A model generated the notes under the pieces. The model was not told where the DNA came from. It saw only the letters and a program-made list of their open reading frames with translations, and did no database searches. DNA of 64,000 bases from an uncultured delta proteobacterium (GTDB lineage: Bacteria > Desulfobacterota > Desulfobacteria > Desulfobacterales > JAHEIW01): the NCBI GenBank assembly GCA_963706575.1, contig CAVPNL010000006.1, positions 32,001 through 96,000 of the forward strand, given 5' to 3'. The position numbers were made by a program, and so were the translations under genes. Positions 45,658 through 55,300 of this stretch are shown piece by piece. Every line of letters begins with the position of its first letter. Positions within the stretch are counted from its first letter, which is position 1.

Positions 45658-46347
45658 TCAGGCGGGTTTTATTACATTATGATAGTGCAAATTGGGATGA
45701 TTACATATGTCGCATGGCGTCTTAGGTGCTTCATCTATAGTTGATCCACAAATCTCACATACGTGAAAGTCGAATTTCATTCCTTCTAATTTTTTCGCCA
45801 CATGTCCAAAAAAATATTTCGAATATTTTCGAATTTCACTTATTTTTCGTCTATGTTGCTGATGGGATTTCCATGAGTACATACAATTGATAACAGCTTG
45901 ATCATGTGATTCTTTTTTTAGTTCTGCAAGGAAACCCGGATAGGTTTTTTTGATCTTTTTTAACTCACCCGCTGTCGCCTTTATCAAATTTGCTTTCGTG
46001 TCCAATATTGAAATATCCAATTCAGGCTCTGTGGTCCCTGCACTCATTGAGGCAAGTATCCTTTTGTAGTTCTCAGCGTGTATTTTTTCAGAATATGCAA
46101 AGGCGGTGAAAAGATAGGCAATATTAGAATATTTTTCTTCAACCGCTTTTCGGGAATAACGAACATAATTTTCATATGTCATCTTTTCTGTTTCATAGGC
46201 GGTTTTTAAAACAGCGACAGTTACTGGGAAGCTGTCATTTTTTGCCAGTTTATTTTCATTTGAAGATGCAGCAGCAATAGACAATGGATATAAGAGTGAC
46301 AATGAAGCAATACGATAAAGAAAATTTCTTCTTGAAATTATTTCCAT
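45658..46347 (-). CDS. Rubrerythrin-like protein with twin-arginine signal
   Basis: ISRRNFL signal; ETE...SEKIHA...GE...TYP ferritin-like core; CEICG...CDIC rubredoxin-like tail. Confidence 0.82.
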   Translation of the reverse strand: MEIISRRNFLYRIASLSLLYPLSIAAASSNENKLAKNDSFPVTVAVLKTAYETEKMTYENYVRYSRKAVEEKYSNIAYLFTAFAYSEKIHAENYKRILASMSAGTTEPELDISILDTKANLIKATAGELKKIKKTYPGFLAELKKESHDQAVINCMYSWKSHQQHRRKISEIRKYSKYFFGHVAKKLEGMKFDFHVCEICGSTIDEAPKTPCDICNHPNLHYHNVIKPA

Positions 46348-46431
46348 GTTAAAAACTCCCGAAAAGCATTATTTCACCAAATTACAGATCCATTAAACGC
46401 ATTTTTCCTTATATTGCACACGCCGTGTCGC

Positions 46432-49400
46432 TTAAACTTCACGCATCACGGCCAATTCCTCTCTGACTTTATCCGGCTCGATCGGGGTGTCTAGGCGCTC
46501 GAAGATCTCCAGGGCCTTTGTTAGATACTCCCGGGCCTGGGCGATTTCACCTTGCTGCTTGTGGAGCCGGCCATAGCCTGCGTAGGCCATCGCCAACTGT
46601 TTTCGGCCTTGATCTCTCGAAAAATGGCGATGCTTTTCTCGAAGTGGGGTGCCGCCTGGGTCGGATTGGTTTTCAGGGCGATCTCGCCCAAAAGCCGTTG
46701 AGCAAACCCGACATAATACCTGACCCCACAGCGCTCTGCCATTTCCAGGCCTTCTTCGAACGTCTGTCTCGCTTTCTCGTCCTTTCCGGCCAGCCAGTAC
46801 CCCTCACCCAAAAAGCATGCGAGTGGGATTTCACTATTAATAAACCGTCCAGCGCGAAAAATCGCTAACACCGCAGTCAGAAGCTCAATTCCCCTTGTTG
46901 TATCTCCGGCTCGGCACAAGGCCCATCCAAGACTTCTCTGCGCCCACGCTTTGTCGGCAGGTGTAGGCGCTTTCTGGACCGCCAGCTCCCCATATTCGAC
47001 TGCCCGGGCCAGATCGCCTTGCCAGGTATAGGCTATCGACAGGTTCCAGGCGACAAAAGAGATCAGGCTGTTGTCTGAAAATTCCTCGGCAACGCTCAGC
47101 GCCTTTTGAGCTTCTTCCACCGCCTCATCCCAGCGACCAAGACATGCGTAGGCCCTTGAGGCTGCGGACAACGCATACGTATGAAAGCGAAGGTTAAACT
47201 GCTGCTCCATCGTGCGAAGGACGTCTTCTTTCAAGGCGAGGACTCGGTCGTAGTCGCCCCTATCCAAATGGCAAAATTGCCAGAACACATATGCATACCC
47301 GGCATCTTCAACGTTTCCAGATGCTTCAGCAAGTTCTGCTGCCTTGGTCAGGGTTTGGATGGCCTGATCAAAGTTGCCGAACGAATACTCACAGTGTCCC
47401 AAGCGGGCATAGAACGCCCCCAGCAGCTCTGGATTCCCTAACTCCCTCGCCATGGGCTCGTAGCGGGTCAAAAGGTCGTAATACTCTGGGTGCCTTAAGA
47501 GCAGAAAGAACACGATCCCCTGGTTTACCAACAGAGAGATTCGCCGCTGTCGGTTCTCTTCGGTCTCGGGCAGGGCATCGAGAAGTTCCATGGCCTCATC
47601 AAAATAGGCCTTAGCCTCCTCCATGGCGTTGAGCTTGACCGCCTTCTGGTTGGCCAGATCCAGATACTCCACCGCCTTGTCCGCATTGGCACTGCGCCCA
47701 TAGTGGTAGGCCAGCAGTTCGTAGTGTTCTTCGAGCCGATCCGGGTAGAGTGCTTCTATGGCTTCTCCTATCTTTTCATGAATCTCCTTTCTTCTTTTGA
47801 GAAGTAAGCTGTTATAGGCCACCTCTTGAGTGAGCGCATGCTTGAAGATATAGGTCGATTGGGGATATATTCCTCTCTCATAGAGAAGCTCTGAGTCCTT
47901 TAAAACGGATAGATGGGACAGTAATTCCTGTTCTGCGAGTCCCGTCACCTGCTTGATTAAATCGTAGCTGAACTCCCTCCCAACCACTGAGACCGGTCTG
48001 AAGCACGCCCTTCGCCCCCTCAGGCAGGGAGTCAACCCGGGCCATGATGACATCCTGAATCGTGGCAGGAATGGTCACCTCCTTGATATCTTTTGCTAAG
48101 CGATATTTGTTGTCCTCTTTCTCAATGATCTTTAGATCTTTAAGGGACTTTATAAACTCCTCGATGAAAAAGGGGACTCCTTCTGTCTTCTCAAGGATCA
48201 ACTCCTCAAGATCTGCTATCAAGCTCCTCTGTGCCCAGGAGATGAGATACCATGGTAAGGCTCTCTCGGTTGGAGAGCCGGTTCAAGGTCACCTGACTGT
48301 GATAGGACTTGGCGCCCCAGGTGTGAACAAACTCCGGCCGGTAGGTAAATATCAATAAGACCCTTGCCCCCGGTATGCTCTCTAAAACATATTTCAATAC
48401 TTCCTCTGAACTCTTGTCCACCCAGTGGAGATCCTCATAGGCCATGATCAGGGGCCGGATCTCAGAACCTTTAAGGACGATTCTGCTTTAATGCCTCAAT
48501 GATTCGATCTTTCTTCGCCTCAGGGCTCATGGGGATCTTGTCGATACCGCTGTCTTTGACCGACAAGAGCTCCAAAAGATAGGGAAGGGTCGAAGCTTCA
48601 TCTGCCCCCAATATTTTCAGGCCTCTTTTGACCTTTTCCCTGATCTCTGAATCTCCATCGCCCTCCCTGGATATCGAAGTTTGCTTTCAGGATGTCTATG
48701 ATGCGGATGATAGGCTACGCCCCTGCTGTAAGAGAGGCACTTTCCCTCCAAAAAGGTCACATCCTCGTTGGCTACAGCCTTTCTGAACTCATACAAGAGC
48801 CTGGATTTGCCTACCCCGGCCTCGGCCACGATGGAAAAGGCCTGCCCTCTGCCTGCCTTGGCCCGTTCAAAACCATCAAGCAGAAGCTCAAGCTCCCGCT
48901 CCCTTCCCACAAAAGGAGTCAGACCCCGCTCGGCACTGACGTCAAATCGTGTCCTTCTGGTACTGGGGGCGATCACCCGGTAGACATTGACCGGCTCTTC
49001 CTTACCCTTGATTTCCCTTTGCCCCAGAGCCTCAAACCGAAAGAATCCCTCGGTGAGCTTGAATGTATCCTCTGTCACATAGGTCGTTCCTGGCTCTGCC
49101 AGCCCTTCCATCCTGGAGGCCAGATTCACCGTGTCACCAACTGCCTTGAACTCTACTCGCAGATCATTACCCAGGGTACCCACAACCACCGGACCGGTGT
49201 GAATGCCGATTCGCATTTTAAGAGGCGGGAGCACCTTTTTTTTCTTGTTTCAATTGGTCACTGAATTTTGCCATTTCCCGGTGAATGGCAAGGCTGATCG
49301 AATCGCCCGTTGCGGTGCATCCTCCAAGGCAACTGGGGCTCCAAAAAGGGCCATAATTCCATCACCGGTCATCTCGTTGACCGTACCTTCGTAGTCGTGG

Positions 49401-49795
49401 ACCTTGTGAATCAGGATTTCATAGACCTGATCCATGATGGCGTAGGCTTCTTCAGGACCGAGTCTCTCCGACAGGGGGGTAAATCCCTCCATGTCGCAGA
49501 ACATCACCGTGACCTGTTTGCGTTCACCTTCGATCCTGTCTCTTTGGGATAGGATTTTCTCGGTAAGACCCTTGGGAAGGTATCGTTGAATTTTAGTTAT
49601 TTTTTCATCAAAGGAGAGGTCTTTAGGGGCTTGTTCAACAGGTAAGCTTAGCTTCGACCCGCATTCATCGCAAAATTTGCTGCCAACTCGGTTGGTAGCT
49701 CCACATTCGGGGCAGGTCAGTTCAAATTTGTAACCGCACTCATTGCAAAACTTTGCCCCTTCACGATTCTCAAACTGACAATTTGGGCACTTCAT
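46432..49795 (-). pseudogene. Zinc ribbon + class III cyclase + STAND ATPase + TPR (paralogue 3), multiply frameshifted (pseudogene or assembly indels)
   Basis: Fragments 49250-49795, 48617-49234, 48206-48445, 47878-48222 and 46521-48053 are collinear with paralogue 1 across changing frames; natural C-terminus ...EELAVMREV ends at TAA 46432-46434. Confidence 0.85.
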
Positions 49796-49863
49796 TTTTA
49801 TGCCCTCCTCTTTAGAATTGAACAGTTTGAATTGGAGTGAAGGAAATCTGAATGGTTTTGCCG

Positions 49864-49918
49864 AAAATACTTTAATTAGGGTTCAATGTCAATTATTTGG
49901 ACACTCAATATCTTGTGG
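49864..49918 (-). promoter_or_regulatory. Sigma-70 promoter with upstream NrdR-box-like site (cyclase paralogue 3)
   Basis: TTGACA (49887-49892), 17 nt, TATTTT; CCACAAGATATTGAGT at 49903-49918. Confidence 0.62.
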
Positions 49919-50003
49919 TTAAGTTTCGGGAGAGATTTTTGAAATTTCTTGTCACAAAACAAAATATCAGACAACTTCTGGAGATGTCTGGAATCGTGTA
50001 GCG

Positions 50004-50300
50004 TTAAGCATCAGTGGCCCTGGTGGCGGTCGGTCGAATGTGCATGTTGGGCTCTTTGGTTGGCGAGTCAAGAACAGGTATGATCTCAAATTCAACCAGA
50101 TCACTCCATTTTTCAATCCAAAGATTGAACAATTCAGAATCGTCTGTTTCCATCAACTGAAAACAGCGTGTTCCGTCTTCTGTAAGCCATGAATCGATGT
50201 ATTTAAGCCCATCAGGCAGCATACGCCCCTTTGCCTCATAGCGAGCATAGACCTTTTCTTTCGATCCCGGCTTGAACATCTCGATGACCATGTATTTCAA
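50004..50300 (-). CDS. DUF3303-like small protein
   Basis: YMVIE.F...GRMLPDGLKYIDSW...CFQLME...W.DLVEFEIIPV; GGAGG RBS. Confidence 0.8.
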   Translation of the reverse strand: MKYMVIEMFKPGSKEKVYARYEAKGRMLPDGLKYIDSWLTEDGTRCFQLMETDDSELFNLWIEKWSDLVEFEIIPVLDSPTKEPNMHIRPTATRATDA

Positions 50301-50552
50301 TTGTGCCTCCCTATGTTCCTTGGATGTGCCGCCTAATAACGATCATAAGCCGCGTCAAAATCAATCGACTGAGCTTCGATCTTTTGATTGATCATAAAAA
50401 CGGAAAACTTCTGATATGAAATCGATATCAAAGGTAGACGGAGCTTTCAAGGGCGGAGGGGCTTAGTGGAAATAGGGCTGGATTCGTTTAAATGTTCGTG
50501 AAATTGTGTTGTCTCAGATGGTTTGAACTTTCAGGGGGATCAAAAGGTTAGC

Positions 50553-50729
50553 CTATTTGATATGAAATGATTTCTTCATTATTTCCAACCAGGAAAACTT
50601 CACCGTTTTTGGATCTTTCTCTGCGCTGGTGGATTTTTTGGAAAACTCGCTATCCAGATATTCCTGGACAGGTTTATAATTTTCATACCAGATGGTTTCT
50701 TCATCTTGCATTTTAAATGTACCTTTCAT
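50553..50729 (-). CDS. Possible 58-aa hypothetical protein
   Basis: Manual translation MKGTFKMQDEETIWYENYKPVQEYLDSEF...; no family recognised. Confidence 0.3.
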   Translation of the reverse strand: MKGTFKMQDEETIWYENYKPVQEYLDSEFSKKSTSAEKDPKTVKFSWLEIMKKSFHIK

Positions 50730-50884
50730 TCACCGAGCACCTTTAAGCCGATTTTCGGCCAGATCTATTCTATTCACCTAAAAGCTGGGGTTTTTACCAG
50801 AACCCTACTCAAAAGTACAGCCTAAAATTCACTTTTTTTCACGAATCGTTGTTTTTTATTAAATAATTAGCAAAAGAAGTTAAT

Positions 50885-50940
50885 ACCTTATATATGGTGT
50901 TGTTTAATTCTTGACATACAAGATGTGGTACATATATAAT
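50885..50940 (+). promoter_or_regulatory. Tandem NrdR-box-like sites overlapping a sigma-70 promoter
   Basis: ACCTTATATATGGTGT (50885-50900) and ATACAAGATGTGGTAC (50916-50931), 31 bp apart; TTGACA 50911-50916, TATAAT 50935-50940. Confidence 0.55.
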
Positions 50941-51134
50941 ATCTCAACCGAAATCAACGATTTAATGAAATTTTTCTTTCGCTCAGCAGAAGCTCAACGT
51001 CGAAAATCACACCGAAAATACAGGTATCCTGAAATCGGCCAACCGAAAACTGACCCTAATTCCGCTAATTCAATAGAATTATTCTAAATTTTTGGCACAA
51101 TGCTGAAGCTTAGAAAACAAAGAGGCAAATAAAA

Positions 51135-51323
51135 ATGCAGCATCTGTTAGAGGTAGCGGATAAAATTCCCTGGGTAATGGCTCCCGCGTTAGTGATCGTC
51201 GCAACGATTGTCATTTCTGTGTTGTTCACTTTGAGAGGGTTGTTGCAACCGGCATCAAAAGCAATGATCGTTGCCGTGATGCTGGCAATGAGCGCCTGGG
51301 TAGTTATGATGCGAGCATTCTGA
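51135..51323 (+). CDS. Small 2-TM membrane protein
   Basis: Two hydrophobic segments; AGAGG RBS. Confidence 0.55.
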   Translation: MQHLLEVADKIPWVMAPALVIVATIVISVLFTLRGLLQPASKAMIVAVMLAMSAWVVMMRAF

Positions 51324-51424
51324 GGAAATTCCGGCCGACTAATCAAGGCGCGCAGCAGGTTCGTCGCCCGGGTTCGACCCGATTTTAGAAATGCGGCTGT
51401 TTCGTTTATGATACGAAATCACCA

Positions 51425-51667
51425 TCAACCCACAATACGCAGGGCCAGATATGGTACCAGGTTGAACAGGAATATCGCTATTTTAAAAAGCGCCATGCCG
51501 CTATAGTGAATGGCATCGAACTTTTCAATCGAGATTTTAAACCATTTACTGTGAAACCGGTACATCCAGTCGTGAGCCAAAATGAAAAATAAAAGCCACC
51601 ATAGCAGCGCTATCCAGTTTATTACGATACACCATGCCAGTGCATCACGAATGATTTCAAGCGTCAT
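51425..51667 (-). CDS. Small membrane protein (DUF6868-like)
   Basis: WCIVINW.ALLWW...H.KWF...FDAIHY.GMA.FKI..F.FNLVPY.AL; AGGAGGAG RBS before ATG 51667. Confidence 0.75.
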   Translation of the reverse strand: MTLEIIRDALAWCIVINWIALLWWLLFFILAHDWMYRFHSKWFKISIEKFDAIHYSGMALFKIAIFLFNLVPYLALRIVG

Positions 51668-52007
51668 TGTCTCTCCTCCTTTTTTTTCAGTCCAAATTTT
51701 GCGCCTATAGACACCTCTCATCGCACTGCACCGGTCGGAACCTTCCCTGTGAAGCAAACAGCCTTAGCATTGATTTCCGGATAACATGTGAATGTCCCGC
51801 TGCGGAAAGGGTATCGTTATTCCGGCCTGCACCAGGGCATTGTAGACGGCCAGATTGGCCTGATACAGGGTTTGAAAATATTGTTTGGTCGGTACCCAGT
51901 AACGCATGCCGAATATTTTTCTACGGTTGCGAGTTCTTCTTTCATGGGAAACCGCCGCACGTTAAGCAGTTTAATATTTACTGACGGTTTTTAGCAATCC
52001 TGTTCAA

Positions 52008-53615
52008 TTACGGTTTATTCACCTTTATAATGACCAGGGTAATGTCGTCTTCTGTTTTATGGCCATCGATAAATTGATTGATTTCATTGTAAACTGCATT
52101 GAGGATATCATCGGCCCCCGCCGCGGCGTTTTGGCGGATAATGTCCTTAAAACGCTTTTTGCCGAACATCGTTCCCTTTTTATTAAACGCTTCCCAGATG
52201 CCGTCAGTGCCGATGGCGATAATCTGCCCGTTTGTGAGCCCTTCGCGGCGGTTTTCAATGTATTTAAAGGCTTCATTAACGCCCAGCGCCACCCCGGTAC
52301 CTTTGAGTTCCACAAAAGTGTCCTGTTGCGGGTCATATAAAATGGCAGGGTCATGGCCGGCTCGCACCCAGTCGATATGATCTTTTTGCAGATCCACCGT
52401 TAAATAAAAAAGCGTCATAAACCGTCCGGTTTCTAATACATCCCGGGTCAGGTGAAGATTCATGGCGGTGATGATTTCCGACATGGTTCCGGGCTGGGAG
52501 GCGCGCATGCGCAAAAATGCCCGGGCCGATGTCATCAGCAGCGCGGAGTCCACCCCGTGGCCGGTGATGTCGCCCACCGCTACGGTAAACGGGCCGTCCG
52601 GTTTTTCACGTCGCCACAGAAAATCAAAGTAATCACCGCCGATTTCATCGCAGGATACATTCCGGCCGGCAATGTCGAGGCCGTGAACGTTCGGTTTGCT
52701 CTGGGGCAGCAGGCTTTTTTGCACCTCACCGGCCAACGCCAAAGCTTTTTTATGCTCGGTCATATCGGTTATGAAGGCCATGTTGCCGATGACCTCCCCC
52801 TGATCGCCTCGAAGGGTGTTGCCGTGTACTAAAATCGGCACATGCCGCCCGTCTTTGGCCACCACGGTTCCTTCAAACTCGCGATATTCTTTGGCCAGGA
52901 TCTCCTCCCGGTTGGCTGACATGAACTGCCTGAATTCATCAGTCGCCAGGTCAAAGGGGGTTTTGCCCAGGATCTCCTCGCGGGAAAAGCCGAGCATTTT
53001 ACAGTAGGCGTCGTTGGCCTCGGTAATTTTCAAATCTTCGCCCATGAGGATAAATCCCTCTCCGGCAGTTTCCACGATGCGGCGAAATTTTTCTTCGCTT
53101 TTGCTCACCTGTTCTTCAGCCAGCTTGCGGCTGGTAATATCCACCAGCAGGCCCTGGTTGAATATTTTGTTGCCCTGATCGTCGCGCACCACCGAAGTCT
53201 GGTCTTCTACCCAGCGGATCTGGCCCTCTTTGGTCATAATCCGATAAAGCTGGGTATATTCTTCGGCGTCTTCTTCCATGTACTGCTTGATTTCCTCACC
53301 GACACGCTCAAAATCATCGGGGTGCACAACATCTTTAAAATGGATCTTATCTTCAAGAAACTCTTCGGCCGTATACCCCATCTGGCGGATGTTGTCGGAA
53401 ACATACACCAGGCGAGGTTTGTCACCGGCCACCCGCCGAAAGAGAACCACCGGGCTGTTGTCGATGATCACCTGGGCCAGACGAAGTTCTTCTTCGGCAC
53501 GATCGTGCAATATGCATTCTTTTTCAAAAGAACTTGTGTGCTCTTTAAATTGCGTCTTGAGGGCCGTTAATTCCCTGATGAGTTCGTCTTTGGTTTTGTT
53601 TTTGTCGGATTTCAT
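52008..53615 (-). CDS. PAS-PAS-PP2C (SpoIIE/RsbU-like) serine phosphatase
   Basis: VQKSLLP, IGGDYFD, VGDITGHG, RAGHDP, GTDGIWEA, EDDITLV. Confidence 0.93.
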   Translation of the reverse strand: MKSDKNKTKDELIRELTALKTQFKEHTSSFEKECILHDRAEEELRLAQVIIDNSPVVLFRRVAGDKPRLVYVSDNIRQMGYTAEEFLEDKIHFKDVVHPDDFERVGEEIKQYMEEDAEEYTQLYRIMTKEGQIRWVEDQTSVVRDDQGNKIFNQGLLVDITSRKLAEEQVSKSEEKFRRIVETAGEGFILMGEDLKITEANDAYCKMLGFSREEILGKTPFDLATDEFRQFMSANREEILAKEYREFEGTVVAKDGRHVPILVHGNTLRGDQGEVIGNMAFITDMTEHKKALALAGEVQKSLLPQSKPNVHGLDIAGRNVSCDEIGGDYFDFLWRREKPDGPFTVAVGDITGHGVDSALLMTSARAFLRMRASQPGTMSEIITAMNLHLTRDVLETGRFMTLFYLTVDLQKDHIDWVRAGHDPAILYDPQQDTFVELKGTGVALGVNEAFKYIENRREGLTNGQIIAIGTDGIWEAFNKKGTMFGKKRFKDIIRQNAAAGADDILNAVYNEINQFIDGHKTEDDITLVIIKVNKP

Positions 53616-53786
53616 AATTCTTACCCATTTAATTCGGATACGTTTTTACTTCAATCGACCGGAAGTATTTTATTTAAAACTATTACCTCTAAATTAGCAG
53701 GTCAACCGTTGAGAAAGGATAGAGTAGAAAAGTATAGCTTATCAATGGTTTTCTTTTGAGCATTCGAGCCGAATTTTTATAACCAA

Positions 53787-53804
53787 TTAGACCGGTCGGT
53801 CTAA
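53787..53804. promoter_or_regulatory. NemR-type TetR operator upstream of the phosphatase gene
   Basis: TTAGACCGGTCGGTCTAA (TAGACC-N4-GGTCTA). Confidence 0.75.
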
Positions 53805-53854
53805 TATGAGTAAAAGATATTCCGCCATTTGTTTGGCCGCAGCACCACTTATGG

Positions 53855-54436
53855 TCACTTTTTTAAGATGTAATCAAAAATAAATTTACGGTGATTTTTA
53901 AGGGGAGCCAGGTTTTGAGACAGCTTCATCTGTATGATAGCGCCATGCCAACTGGCGATGATGAAACTGGCCGTGTCATTTATATTTAAACTTTTCAGTA
54001 TTTTGCGATCGTTCTGAGCCGCTACCAACACCTGGCTGTAAGCGTCGACCATCATATCGATGGCTTCGCTGAGTTTTTTGCGAAAGATCGGGCTTAAGTC
54101 CCCCATTTCTTGTGCGAGATTGCCGATGGGGCAGCCGCCGGAAAAGTTTTGGGATTCAAAGTATTCCATGAAGGCGCTTAAAAACCGATAGATCCGGTTG
54201 AGCGGTGAAACCCGGGTGTCTTCCAGTGTTTCTTTGGCAATCCGCTTAAAGTGGGCCGAAAAATAATCAATAACTTGAAGCCCAAACTCGTCTTTGCTTT
54301 TGAAATAATTATAAAAAGATCCTTTGGGCACATTGGCGGCATTCAGGATTTCCTGGATACCGGTATGGTTAAATCCCTTGCGATGGATGATTTCGGCCCC
54401 GGTTTCAATGATCCTGTCTCTGGTATTGGCTTGCAT
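53855..54436 (-). CDS. TetR family regulator (NemR-like)
   Basis: GFNHTGIQEIL...VPKGSFYNYFKSK; GCPIGNLAQEM. Confidence 0.92.
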   Translation of the reverse strand: MQANTRDRIIETGAEIIHRKGFNHTGIQEILNAANVPKGSFYNYFKSKDEFGLQVIDYFSAHFKRIAKETLEDTRVSPLNRIYRFLSAFMEYFESQNFSGGCPIGNLAQEMGDLSPIFRKKLSEAIDMMVDAYSQVLVAAQNDRKILKSLNINDTASFIIASWHGAIIQMKLSQNLAPLKNHRKFIFDYILKK

Positions 54437-54486
54437 GCGGATCTCCCCATTGGTGTTTTTACGGAAATGTTATTGTTCATACAAAA

Positions 54487-54511
54487 TAGACCGGTCGTCT
54501 CGATTTGTCAA
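54487..54511 (-). promoter_or_regulatory. TetR autoregulatory operator within its promoter
   Basis: TAGACCGGTCGTCT (54487-54500) next to minus-strand TTGACA (54506-54511). Confidence 0.65.
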
Positions 54512-54580
54512 GTTTTTTGCCCGAACAAAAATCGGGGTTTTCATTTTGAAAAATACTTGACAAATAGTTGAATTAGTATT

Positions 54581-54606
54581 ATTTAAGTATATACTAAAAT
54601 ACTTAA
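54581..54606. promoter_or_regulatory. ArsR-family operator upstream of the regulator
   Basis: ATTTAAGT-ATATA-CTAAAATACTTAA with TTAAGTA/TACTTAA dyad; TTGACA at 54557-54562. Confidence 0.65.
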
Positions 54607-54623
54607 CTTGAAGCTGGGATATC

Positions 54624-55037
54624 ATGAGTTTAGAACCTTCTGAAATGTTTAAAGCCCTGGCGGTTGAATCCCGCGTGAAAATAATTGATTTATTAAAATC
54701 CAGGGGACCCACCGGCGCAAAAAAAATTGCCGAACTGCTCGGTATCACACCGGCGGCCGTGTCACAGCATTTAAAAATATTAAAACAAGCCGGTTTTGTC
54801 AGAAGTGAGCGCAACGGCTACTGGATACCTTATTCAATCGATGAGGAAGCCCTGGAAAATTGCGGAGAAGTACTAAGTGAAATCTGCACCTGTGGCTGTC
54901 AGGGAACCGGCGATTTCAGGGAAAAAGAACTGGCGAGTTCAAGTTTGGAATCTCTCCGAAAATATGAGCATGAAATCGAAAATGAGCTTAGAATCGTCCG
55001 CGATCGGATAAAAGAACTTAAATCAAGTGATAATTAG
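54624..55037 (+). CDS. ArsR/SmtB family regulator with C-terminal CxCxC and coiled coil
   Basis: FKALAVESRVKII, TPAAVSQHLKIL, C...CTCGC. Confidence 0.9.
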   Translation: MSLEPSEMFKALAVESRVKIIDLLKSRGPTGAKKIAELLGITPAAVSQHLKILKQAGFVRSERNGYWIPYSIDEEALENCGEVLSEICTCGCQGTGDFREKELASSSLESLRKYEHEIENELRIVRDRIKELKSSDN

Positions 55038-55057
55038 CTAAAAATTTTTAAGCTAAA

Positions 55058-55083
55058 ATTTAAGTGATTGCTAAAATACTTAA
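55058..55083. promoter_or_regulatory. Second copy of the same operator, upstream of a micropeptide
   Basis: ATTTAAGT-GATTG-CTAAAATACTTAA. Confidence 0.65.
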
Positions 55084-55110
55084 TCAATAACCGGAAAGGA
55101 GGTGATGAGC

Positions 55111-55212
55111 ATGGCTGGTAAAAAGAAAAATTGCGGCTGTGGCTGTATCGAGCAGAAGCCGACTAACCAGAAGGGCCCTAAAGGCAAAAAAAAGACCAAA
55201 AAAGTCAAATAG
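55111..55212 (+). CDS. 33-aa Lys-rich CGCGC micropeptide
   Basis: AAAGGAGGTGA RBS; manual translation MAGKKKNCGCGCIEQKPTNQKGPKGKKKTKKVK. Confidence 0.7.
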   Translation: MAGKKKNCGCGCIEQKPTNQKGPKGKKKTKKVK

Positions 55213-55231
55213 TTAGAGCTGAAAAGCGATG

Positions 55232-55298
55232 GAAAAAGAGGGCAGAAGAAAAAACGATCAGACAGCGCGACGATATCTTCTGCCTTTTTTCTTTTTTA
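55232..55298. terminator. Probable bidirectional terminator between convergent genes
   Basis: A-rich tract, GGCAGAAGA...TCTTCTGCC stem, T tract. Confidence 0.55.
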
Positions 55299-55300
55299 GG

